Source: a virus
Lineage: Duplodnaviria > Heunggongvirae > Uroviricota > Caudoviricetes
Virus record (IMG/VR): IMGVR_UViG_3300020045_003677
Location: 124,098 to 175,292 of that record
Strand: one strand, 5' to 3'
Length of the DNA: 51,195 bases
Numbering within the stretch: position 1 is the stretch's first letter; every line of letters begins with the position of its first letter. Of the stretch, positions 9,809 to 17,869 are shown one piece after another. The notes beneath the pieces were generated by a model that was given only the letters and a program-made list of their open reading frames with translations, had not been told where the DNA came from and ran no database searches. The position numbers and the translations under genes were made by a program.

Positions 9809-10087
9809 ATGAAAAAAGAAAAAGAAGTAGTCCTTAATGCTATCCTAACGGATATGAGGGATGTGGTTATTGGTGGATTAGTTTCCTCACAGATTGCAAA
9901 AGCATCTATGTCTGATGTAATGAGAGATGGTGCTCCTGCGTTTGACAAGTATACAAAAGAAGATATTGTAGCTGCCTTTATAGGATTTGCTATGAATGTA
10001 TCGATTGAACAACTCGAACGACAAGGTAACGAGCCAGTTACTACCACAAGTGAGGAAACTCCTATGGCAAAGGGTGGTCAGGCCTAG
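9809..10087 (+). CDS. Hypothetical protein
   Basis: ORF tightly packed after the kinase gene. Confidence 0.6.
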   Translation: MKKEKEVVLNAILTDMRDVVIGGLVSSQIAKASMSDVMRDGAPAFDKYTKEDIVAAFIGFAMNVSIEQLERQGNEPVTTTSEETPMAKGGQA

Positions 10088-10094
10088 TATAAAA

Positions 10095-10122
10095 TTCCGT
10101 TCGGTGTAATAGCCGGACGGAA
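10095..10122. other. Strong intergenic hairpin, oriented like a minus-strand terminator
   Basis: TTCCGTTCGG-tgtaatag-CCGGACGGAA, 10 bp with one G-U pair. Followed by TTTTATACTA only on the minus strand. Confidence 0.55.
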
Positions 10123-10133
10123 ATACTACTACT

Positions 10134-10427
10134 ATGAAAGATATACTTGGACGAGATGTCAAGGTAGGTGATGTAGTCATTATGAATGATTATAACCGGC
10201 CAGTATTCACGATTCTATGTTACAGAACAGCAAATGGTAATATGATGGGTAAGTGGTGTGCAACCAAACATACTCAAGCTATATGGCCTGGTACTTTCAG
10301 AGCTTGTACATATATCGTTTCTCCTTACAAACCAGTTGTACTAGTTCCAGTGAATTGTATTCCACATGAACTTATGGAAGATTATGAGAGGATAGTAAAT
10401 GATCCATTATTTAACAAGAAAAAGTGA
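10134..10427 (+). CDS. Small SH3/KOW-like hypothetical protein (D.LG..V.VGD.V family)
   Basis: N-terminus MKDILGRDVKVGDVVIMNDY, shared with the ORFs at 24677 and 25048. Confidence 0.6.
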   Translation: MKDILGRDVKVGDVVIMNDYNRPVFTILCYRTANGNMMGKWCATKHTQAIWPGTFRACTYIVSPYKPVVLVPVNCIPHELMEDYERIVNDPLFNKKK

Positions 10428-10642
10428 TGATTGAAATAATAGAAGATGCAATTACTGGATTATTCAAAATATTCTTTGTATTAGGAATAGTTATTGGATT
10501 ACTTGTATGGGGTGTATGGTCATTTATTGACTGGATGTGGCTTGATGAAGTTATTAAATCACATCATGTTATTAGTCCGGCCCTGGAAGTTACAATCAAA
10601 AACGGTGTAACTGACACCCTTTACATATACAGATTACCATGA
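10424..10642 (+). CDS. Small membrane protein
   Basis: One hydrophobic helix, LFKIFFVLGIVIGLLVWGVWSFI. Confidence 0.65.
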   Translation: MMIEIIEDAITGLFKIFFVLGIVIGLLVWGVWSFIDWMWLDEVIKSHHVISPALEVTIKNGVTDTLYIYRLP

Positions 10643-11628
10643 TTACAGCAAAAATAATCAAAGACTCTGCTACTACGCAGGGGCATAGGATTACCACTTT
10701 CGAGTTAGTATTTCCTCGCATGATACTCGCGGAGCTTAACACTCACAGAGTATTCTCTAAGAACTCTGCTAGTTCTCGCGCCATACCGGCTAAGAAGATG
10801 ATCAATATGGTGGAAACTAATCCATTCTATCCTCTTGCATGGCAAAAGGAACATTCCGGAATGCAGGGTATTGAGTACCATACTGATCCGGATACAATTC
10901 GAATACTTGAGGCTGCTTGGGGATCTGCTATGGACAGTGCCGTTAGTCACTCTAAGGCATTGAATGGAATTCATCTTACTAAACAACTTACCAATAGGTT
11001 GTTAGAACCTTTCATGTATCATAAGGTATTATTGACAGCAACTGAGTTTGACAATTTCTTCAATCTACGTTGCCCTAAATATACATCTGATAAAGGTGAA
11101 GTGTTTAAGAGTCGTAAAGACTTCCGGGCAGCTAAGGATAATAAGGAAGAAGGATTTCACTATCCATGCAGTGGCGACGGATGGAGAAATATCAACAAGT
11201 CCGGTGCCGAGATTCATATGCAAGCATTAGCTGAAGCTATGTGGGATGAGTACAATCAAAGTACACCTACAATGTTAGCCCCCGGTGAATGGCATATGCC
11301 TTATGGAGAGATTGCATTAAGTGATCTTATTGAAGCATTTCCATACACAGCACCTAACTCTACTATAAGTGAACATCTACTTAACATGTCGATAAAGATT
11401 GCATCTGCACGTTGTGCTAGGCTATCGTATCAGACACTAGGAGATGATCCTAAGCTTGATTTGATTGGAGATGTTAAACTGCATGATACTTTGGTATCTT
11501 CGGGGCATGCATCTCCTACGGAGCATTGCGCAATGGCTTGTGACGACTCTAATATGTATGGTAACTTTAGGGGATGGAAACAATACAGAAAATTTCTTGA
11601 GGAGGATGGTATTTTACAAACCTATTAA
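10639..11628 (+). CDS. thyX: Flavin-dependent thymidylate synthase
   Basis: ELNTHRVFSKNSASSRAIP (ThyX RHRxxSxxxxSxR-type motif), SARCARLSY, GHASPTEH, GNFRGWKQYR. Confidence 0.9.
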   Translation: MITAKIIKDSATTQGHRITTFELVFPRMILAELNTHRVFSKNSASSRAIPAKKMINMVETNPFYPLAWQKEHSGMQGIEYHTDPDTIRILEAAWGSAMDSAVSHSKALNGIHLTKQLTNRLLEPFMYHKVLLTATEFDNFFNLRCPKYTSDKGEVFKSRKDFRAAKDNKEEGFHYPCSGDGWRNINKSGAEIHMQALAEAMWDEYNQSTPTMLAPGEWHMPYGEIALSDLIEAFPYTAPNSTISEHLLNMSIKIASARCARLSYQTLGDDPKLDLIGDVKLHDTLVSSGHASPTEHCAMACDDSNMYGNFRGWKQYRKFLEEDGILQTY

Positions 11629-11635
11629 CTATAAT
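11628..11635 (+). promoter_or_regulatory. Putative phage promoter core (ACTATAAT)
   Basis: 22 nt upstream of the GIY-YIG ATG. Same core as the motifs at 18456, 23495, 25946 and 31778. Confidence 0.4.
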
Positions 11636-11657
11636 AATAGAACACTGATCTAATATT

Positions 11658-12437
11658 ATGATAGGAATTTATAAAATAGAAAACTTGAATACTGGAGACA
11701 TTTATATTGGAAGTAGTAAGAATATCAAAGAACGTAGGACACGACATTTTAAGGATCTTAGAAATGGTAATCATCACTCTATTATTCTACAAAGAGCATT
11801 TGATAAGTATTCTGAATCTATGTTAAAGTTTCAGGTAGTAGAGGAATGTTCTATTGATGAGTTACTAATTAGAGAGCAGTATTTTATTGACACTCTGGCT
11901 CCTGTATATAATATATGCAGAATAGCTGGAAGTGTATTACACACTAAACAGTCAGATGAGGTACGAAAAAAGAGGAGTGAATATGCTCTACAGAACAAAA
12001 TAGTTCCTCCCGAAAGTACATGGAGAAATAAAATGAAAAAGGTAATAATGCTTGACTACGAATCATTGGATATCTTACAAGAATTCGAATCTGCATCCGA
12101 GGCTTGTAGATTTCTAGGTAAAAATTCCACTTTCTGCTCTTCTATCACTAATTGCTGTAGGAATAAAAGATTCTCTGCTTTTGGGTATAGGTGGGTATTT
12201 GATTCTAGTCATATACTTAGTCTAAGAGACAAAGTAAAACTTGAGGCCTGGAATAAGGGTAAGTCAGTTGACAATCATCGTAGTCGTAAAGTTATCCAGT
12301 ACTCACTTGACGGGCAAGAGATTCGAGAGTGGAGTTCTATATCAGAAGCAGAAAATTCTGTTGGCAAGGGAATATCAAGTTGTGTAAACGGAAAAACAGC
12401 GTCATCTAACGGTTTCTTGTGGAAATTTAAATTATAA
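11658..12437 (+). mobile_element. Free-standing GIY-YIG homing endonuclease with NUMOD-type C-terminal repeats
   Basis: GIY-x10-YIG-SS...R...H catalytic domain, then two NUMOD1-like repeats (KVIMLD...EFESASEA, KVIQYSLDG..IREWSSISEA). thyX upstream is complete, so it is not intron-borne. Confidence 0.9.
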
Positions 12438-12440
12438 ACT

Positions 12441-12821
12441 ATGCATATACGATTAGACGATATATCAATAGACAGGCCTAACAACATAGTTGCTTGGGGC
12501 CATGATTATTCTTATGGTAGAGTACGTTGTACCTGTCATATTAAGACACAACAGTACACTATCAATACTGATGCTAACGGGCTAACCACAATTCTTAATG
12601 ACAAAGGGTTAAAATCAGAAAGACATCCATACGATTTCTATACCAATAGATCTGACTGTGAAGAAGTTGAATTTGAATCAATTACAGATCATTTGAATAT
12701 GTTGATGACCCAGATCAAAAAGTATAAGACTGCAGCATCCGGATTACTAAAGAAGACACCACAGTTAAGATCGACTCAAGAGTATCAAGACTTGATGATT
12801 GAACTTCACAAACCTATCTAA
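12441..12821 (+). CDS. Hypothetical protein
   Basis: ORF, TAATG-coupled to the next gene. Confidence 0.6.
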   Translation: MHIRLDDISIDRPNNIVAWGHDYSYGRVRCTCHIKTQQYTINTDANGLTTILNDKGLKSERHPYDFYTNRSDCEEVEFESITDHLNMLMTQIKKYKTAASGLLKKTPQLRSTQEYQDLMIELHKPI

Positions 12822-13489
12822 TGGAGCCAACAGATATAATCGATGGTAATCGTTTGATTGCTAAGTTCATGGGATTTACTCATGAGTACACCGGACCTTT
12901 ATCTAGAGGTGGAGGTGTAATGGATAATGTCAACCTATTAAGTAAGGTAGAGTTTATGACCTTACCTGAACTTTTGGAGTCCAAGATTAATAATGAGGGA
13001 GCTCCATATACCAATCAGGGTGGAATCTGTATTGGGAAGTATGTTGGAAAAGATTTTTACGATAATGTGGTATTCTTTTCTACAGACAGCCAGATCGTAC
13101 CCACCACTATTGACTATAATGAGCGATTTCAAGCTTACCACAATTCTATAGAATGGCTGATGCCGGTTGTAGATAAAATCGAATCGCTAGCTACTCTAGA
13201 AAGAGACGGTATTTGGTACAGTACTCAGATTGGTAACATGCAAACAGAGGCAGTGGATTACTCCTGTGATCACCCTTACTGGGATGCCTTAAAAGCTGAT
13301 GAAGCTACTGAGCTTGAGTCTCCTAAAATTTACTCTAACCAATTCATATTCTCTATTTGTATGATAGGAAAATACTCTATCAACCAAGGAAGTATTGTTG
13401 GAGTTAGTAAAGCCAAGAAAATCGACGCTATATGGACCGGAGTAGTTAAGTTTATAGAGTGGTATAACAAAGAAAATAATATTCAATGA
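12821..13489 (+). CDS. Hypothetical phage protein
   Basis: Coupled at both ends. N.LIA.FMG and YH.S.EWLMPVV.KIE motifs. Confidence 0.6.
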   Translation: MEPTDIIDGNRLIAKFMGFTHEYTGPLSRGGGVMDNVNLLSKVEFMTLPELLESKINNEGAPYTNQGGICIGKYVGKDFYDNVVFFSTDSQIVPTTIDYNERFQAYHNSIEWLMPVVDKIESLATLERDGIWYSTQIGNMQTEAVDYSCDHPYWDALKADEATELESPKIYSNQFIFSICMIGKYSINQGSIVGVSKAKKIDAIWTGVVKFIEWYNKENNIQ

Positions 13490-13836
13490 AGACAGAAGAC
13501 TTCGTAAAATACGTTGAAGATCATACTCTTGATAATAGAGATGATTTCTTCACAATGAATGCCCTGGCCGGAGAGTTAGGTGAGTTAGCAAACGTGGTTA
13601 AGAAGTTTAAGTTCTACCTTGACTTTCCACATTACTCAGAGCGTATAGATCGTGAAATAGCAGAAGGTAAAACTCGCACATACCATGATCAATTTGTTGA
13701 TGAGGCTGGTGATACTCTTTTCTATCTTGTTCAGATAATGAATAAGTGGGGAGTTCCAATCGAAGAAGTCATGCAAAGACAGTATGATAAGATTGAAGGT
13801 CAGTTTGGTATCTTTAACAAGGTGTTTAAGAAATGA
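13486..13836 (+). CDS. mazG: MazG-like all-alpha NTP pyrophosphohydrolase
   Basis: AGELGELANVVKK and DEAGDTLFY provide the ExxE...ExxD metal-binding helices. Confidence 0.85.
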   Translation: MKTEDFVKYVEDHTLDNRDDFFTMNALAGELGELANVVKKFKFYLDFPHYSERIDREIAEGKTRTYHDQFVDEAGDTLFYLVQIMNKWGVPIEEVMQRQYDKIEGQFGIFNKVFKK

Positions 13837-14099
13837 CAAAACTAACAATTGAACAAGCATCAACTTTAAATACTGCTAGACTACTAGCATACTACAAAAA
13901 GTATGCTCATTCGTTTCAGTCTAAGTACATATGTGGTTGTTGTGGAGAGTTTATCTGGAACAATGAGGATATGCCTGGAAAGAAGCAAGAGTATGAAGCC
14001 GAGGTAGCCTACTGGGACTCTATAAAGGCAGTTTTAAATACTAGGGAACACGTCCCTTTAAAAAATAATCATGAAGTTAACAGCACCAAAAAACATTAA
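13833..14099 (+). CDS. Hypothetical protein with a CGCC motif
   Basis: ATGA-coupled ORF containing YICGCCGE. Confidence 0.55.
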   Translation: MTKLTIEQASTLNTARLLAYYKKYAHSFQSKYICGCCGEFIWNNEDMPGKKQEYEAEVAYWDSIKAVLNTREHVPLKNNHEVNSTKKH

Positions 14100-15381
14100 C
14101 TACTGTGCTACGGTAGTGGTGATAAAAAATAAAATCGAACTTGCTACATGTGACAATGTAGTAGGCACCATGCTATGCGGGTGTCATGTGATTGTAGGTA
14201 AGGACACTGAGGTAGGAACTGTAGGTTTGTATCTTCCAGTTGAAACCCAACTATCCGCAGAGTTCTTGAAAGCGAACAATCTATACCGCGATAGTACGCT
14301 CAATGCCGACGAAACTAAGAAAGGTTACTTCGATGAGAATGGTCGTATCAGGTGTATTAAATTCAGAGGGCATCAGTCCAATGGGTTATTCATGCCTCTC
14401 GACTGTCTATCTTATCTAGCATCCAAAACCAACCTAAGTGTTGGTGATGAATTCGATGTTATGGATGGGAAAGAGATCTGTAGGAAATATATTCCTAAAA
14501 CTACAAGGACCCCAGGAACTCCCGGCTCAGCTAATAAAAGCAAAGGGCGCAAAGCTCGCGAGTCTAAGTTACTTGAAAACCAATTCAGATTTCATTACGA
14601 TACGGCCCAGCTTGGTAGAAACATGCACAAGGTTAACCCAGACAGCTTGATCTCATTGAGCTATAAAGTACATGGAACCAGTGGTATTAGTTCTAAGATA
14701 CTATGTAAACGCAAGTTAACATGGATTGAGAAATTACTAAAGAAAACTGGCCTTGCTAAGATATCGGAATTTGAGTACGATTATATCAATGCGTCTCGTA
14801 CGGTTATTAAGAATGACGACCTCAATGCTAACCCTAGTGGATTCTATTCAGAAGATATCTGGGGTATTGCCGGTGAAGAACTTAAACCGTATCTGCTTGA
14901 TGGTATGACACTGTATTACGAAATCGTAGGGTATTTACCAGGTGGTGGTGCAATACAGGGGTCATGGGACTATGGGTGTAAACCTGGAGAACATAAAATC
15001 TATGTATACAGAATTACATTCACTAATGATTCTGGTCAGGTGTTCGAATTCAGTGCCAAACAGGTACAGGATTGGTGTAAGCTTAACGGGCTAACACCAG
15101 TAATTCAGTTATACTATGGATATGCAGGACATTTTCTTGGTAAAGAAGTAATGCTCGAAAACAATCTTGACGAATGGAGAGAAGCTTTCTTAGCTAGGGT
15201 TAAAGAACTCTATAATGAGAAAGACTGCTATCTGTGCTATCATAGAGTACCTGAAGAAGGTGCGGTATTGAAGATTGAAGGACTTCTTGCTGAGGCATTT
15301 AAGCAGAAGAGTTTTCGGTTCTTGGACAAAGAGACGCGCGAACTTGACGCTAATAAGATTGACATTGAATCACAAAGTTGA
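14071..15381 (+). CDS. ATP-dependent RNA ligase (Rnl2-like / DRB0094-type with N-terminal OB fold)
   Basis: N-terminal OB-like domain, motif I KVHGT, YYEIVG, YVYRI, EGAVL, FKQKS. Confidence 0.85.
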   Translation: MKLTAPKNINYCATVVVIKNKIELATCDNVVGTMLCGCHVIVGKDTEVGTVGLYLPVETQLSAEFLKANNLYRDSTLNADETKKGYFDENGRIRCIKFRGHQSNGLFMPLDCLSYLASKTNLSVGDEFDVMDGKEICRKYIPKTTRTPGTPGSANKSKGRKARESKLLENQFRFHYDTAQLGRNMHKVNPDSLISLSYKVHGTSGISSKILCKRKLTWIEKLLKKTGLAKISEFEYDYINASRTVIKNDDLNANPSGFYSEDIWGIAGEELKPYLLDGMTLYYEIVGYLPGGGAIQGSWDYGCKPGEHKIYVYRITFTNDSGQVFEFSAKQVQDWCKLNGLTPVIQLYYGYAGHFLGKEVMLENNLDEWREAFLARVKELYNEKDCYLCYHRVPEEGAVLKIEGLLAEAFKQKSFRFLDKETRELDANKIDIESQS

Positions 15382-15382
15382 T

Positions 15383-15863
15383 ATGATAAACGATTTAAAC
15401 AAAGAAATAGTATCCCCTAAGCCTAAGTTGTTAGTGCTACAGGGGATACCGTAATCCAGCATCTGGTAAAACCACTTATGCACGGAAATTAGTTGAAGAA
15501 GATTACTCCTATGTTAGGGTTAACCGAGATGATTTACGTAATATGCGTGGCGTCTACTGGCTACCTTCACAGGAGAAGTTAATCAGTGCCTGGGAGTTTG
15601 ACGCTATTCGTACGGCTCTAAGTCTTGGGTATAACGTGATATCTGATTCAACTAATCTTAACCTATCTACAATTGCTACTCTTACCAATATTGCAAGAGA
15701 GTTGAATGTGGATATAGAATTCAAATTAATCGAAGTGGAATTAGATGAAGCCATACGACGGGACTTACTTCGCCCCAATCCTGTGGGCGCCAAAGTCATC
15801 ACAACTTTTTATAACAAATACATCAGAAATGACGTCAGCAACAACACCACATCCGGGGTTTAA
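15383..15863 (+). CDS. Polynucleotide kinase (T4 PseT-type P-loop domain), interrupted by a 7-nt insert in Walker A
   Basis: ATG 15383 reads ...VLQGIP(CCG 15449)-TAA. The +1 frame resumes CCA(15456) PASGKTT...RVNRDDLR...SDSTNL...RDLLR. Excising 7 nt gives GIPASGKT in a 157-aa kinase. Confidence 0.8.
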
Positions 15864-16233
15864 TAGGAATGTAAGTGGGAAGCATATTAAAGTGTTTCCA
15901 GGAGATGCATTTTGGATGGGTAAGTATCGTCATTCAGGTAATGGTCTTAGTTGTTCTGAGTTGATAGTACCAATGAAGGTGTTTATCAATGAAGCAGGTC
16001 GCATTGTCACTGCTAAAGGTAAGTTAGTATCTAAGCAATATGATACACTATACCATACCGAAGCAGAAGCTAATGACGTGTACAACAGCGGATTAAAGGC
16101 CCATCTAGCTGCTTTAACTAGGAAATCGAAAGAGCTCCTGTTTACTGCAGAGAAAGTTTTAAGTAGGTCCCCATCTTTACGTGGGTCTACTCAGTATCAT
16201 GAATTTAAACATTCATTTGATGATAAAGTATAA
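15829..16233 (+). CDS. Hypothetical protein
   Basis: ORF from ATG 15829. Confidence 0.55.
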   Translation: MTSATTPHPGFNRNVSGKHIKVFPGDAFWMGKYRHSGNGLSCSELIVPMKVFINEAGRIVTAKGKLVSKQYDTLYHTEAEANDVYNSGLKAHLAALTRKSKELLFTAEKVLSRSPSLRGSTQYHEFKHSFDDKV

Positions 16234-16813
16234 ATTAGGAACACATGAGTTGTTCTTTACTTCAGATCCACACTTTGGGCACAAGAACATCATAAAGTAT
16301 TGTAATCGTCCTTTTGCTAATGTGGATGAGATGAATGAGGCTATCATAGCAAACTGGAATGCTAAAGTGCCAGCAACCGGTATAGTATTCGTAGTTGGTG
16401 ATTTCTGTATGGGGTGCTCTGTAAAGAGTATTCTAGAGATTCGCAAACGACTGAATGGTAGAATCATTCTTATTCGAGGAAACCACGATGACTTCATTAT
16501 TGATGTAAACACACGAGAAAAGATATTCGAAGCTGTCTATGATAGGTTAGATATTCGCGTGTTTACCGGGCATGAAGATGTTACGGATTACATCGATATA
16601 GAGATGCACCACTTCCCATCATTAGTATGGAATAACAGTCATAAGGGTGCATGGCAGGCCTTTGGTCACTGTCATAGCAAGCGTAGGATTCCATATCAAA
16701 GCGTGTTTCAACATGATGTTGGTATGGATGGTAATAACTTTACTCCGCTTTCCTTTAAAGAGTTTGGTCAGATCATATCTACTAGGAGATTAGAGGGATG
16801 GGAAACGGAGTAG
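16220..16813 (+). CDS. Calcineurin-like phosphoesterase
   Basis: FFTSDPHFGH, VGDF, RGNHD, HFP, GHCH, DVGMD. Confidence 0.88.
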   Translation: MIKYKLGTHELFFTSDPHFGHKNIIKYCNRPFANVDEMNEAIIANWNAKVPATGIVFVVGDFCMGCSVKSILEIRKRLNGRIILIRGNHDDFIIDVNTREKIFEAVYDRLDIRVFTGHEDVTDYIDIEMHHFPSLVWNNSHKGAWQAFGHCHSKRRIPYQSVFQHDVGMDGNNFTPLSFKEFGQIISTRRLEGWETE

Positions 16814-16815
16814 TT

Positions 16816-17517
16816 ATGTATCGTGGAAATGGTGTCTCTGCTGTAAGAGTGGAAATTGACACTACACGAAAAGTAAGTTTTGATTTCGATCATACTCTGG
16901 ATAAACTAGAAGTACAACACCTTGCTTATAACCTGATTCAATTAGGTATTGAGGTTTGGGTGTGTACTGCTAGACATTCCAATGAGAATAAGCTGGTAGA
17001 CAATTGGGGTAATGAGGACCTGTTCCTAGTTACCGATAGATTGGGCATACCACGAGACAGAATCATATTCTGTAATTATGAAGACAAGAGACCGTTCATC
17101 GAAGCGGAGAAATTTGAATGGCATCTGGATGATGATTTTATGGTGATTAACTCACTTAGAAACTCATTTGTTCCAGGTATTCATGTTCTCCAAAAAGGGT
17201 GGATGGATAAGTGTATAAAAATATTAAACTTATACGAGATGAATAATCTTGATTACGCTGAAAGAATGCGTATTGTATCAGACTCTCATGCTGGATTTGA
17301 ATCCATTGATAGTACAATAGTAAATAGCCACTTCAATATAGTTGAGGTTAGAGCAGTAGTTAAAGAAAAAGCTACCGGCAAATATTTTGCTAGCAGCTTC
17401 TTTCAAGACATAGACGTTGATAATGATACCCGGGATTGGTCTGAGATCAATGTTCCAGAAGCTCCTATCTTTAAGGAAGTGTTTCCTAAATCGGTAACAA
17501 CTATCATTTATGAATAA
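16816..17517 (+). CDS. HAD-superfamily phosphatase fused to an unknown C-terminal domain
   Basis: SFDFDHTL (DxDxT), VCTAR, HLDDD. After about residue 140 the sequence is unrelated to HAD. Confidence 0.72.
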   Translation: MYRGNGVSAVRVEIDTTRKVSFDFDHTLDKLEVQHLAYNLIQLGIEVWVCTARHSNENKLVDNWGNEDLFLVTDRLGIPRDRIIFCNYEDKRPFIEAEKFEWHLDDDFMVINSLRNSFVPGIHVLQKGWMDKCIKILNLYEMNNLDYAERMRIVSDSHAGFESIDSTIVNSHFNIVEVRAVVKEKATGKYFASSFFQDIDVDNDTRDWSEINVPEAPIFKEVFPKSVTTIIYE

Positions 17518-17869
17518 TCTATCTCAGATAGCAGAGATGTGCCATGAAGTCAATAGACTTTGGTGTGCGCAGAATGGTGACCAAACACAGGCACCATGGA
17601 TCTTGGCTCCACTGTGGCAGCGCGAGTCAGCATTGGCTCAGGTAGAGTTTCACATTGCAAGTCCGGATGCTCCGGATAGTGCTACACACGAATCCTGGCT
17701 AGCCGAAAAGATTGAAGCCGGTTGGACATATGGAGATATTAAGGATCCAGTTAAGAAAACTCATCCTTGTCTATTACCATATCACGAATTACCGGAGTTC
17801 GAACAGAAGAAAGATGCATTATTTTCCGCCGTTGTACGAGCGCTATCATCAGGGGATGGACAGGTATAG
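17510..17869 (+). CDS. RyR-domain protein
   Basis: HESWLAEKIEAGWTYG...KKTHPCLLPYHELPEFEQKKD is the RyR repeat signature (H..W...K...GW.YG...D...K.HP.L.PY..L). Confidence 0.88.
   Translation: MNNLSQIAEMCHEVNRLWCAQNGDQTQAPWILAPLWQRESALAQVEFHIASPDAPDSATHESWLAEKIEAGWTYGDIKDPVKKTHPCLLPYHELPEFEQKKDALFSAVVRALSSGDGQV

Noticed and set aside
10095-10122. tRNA fragment (GGTGTAAT resembles a D-arm)
   Set aside because: No T-arm, anticodon arm or acceptor stem, and the gap is only 46 nt.
11629-12440. GIY-YIG gene as part of an intron in thyX
   Set aside because: thyX is complete before it, and no group I core elements flank the ORF.
14050-14099. Possible missing A in TTTAAAAAATAA explaining the 29-nt overlap with the RNA ligase gene
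   Set aside because: Overlaps of this size are common in phages, and there is no independent evidence for an indel.
15449-15458. PNK interruption as a functional group I or II intron
   Set aside because: Seven nt cannot hold a ribozyme core and the U|...G| boundaries are absent. It is kept only as a possible scar.
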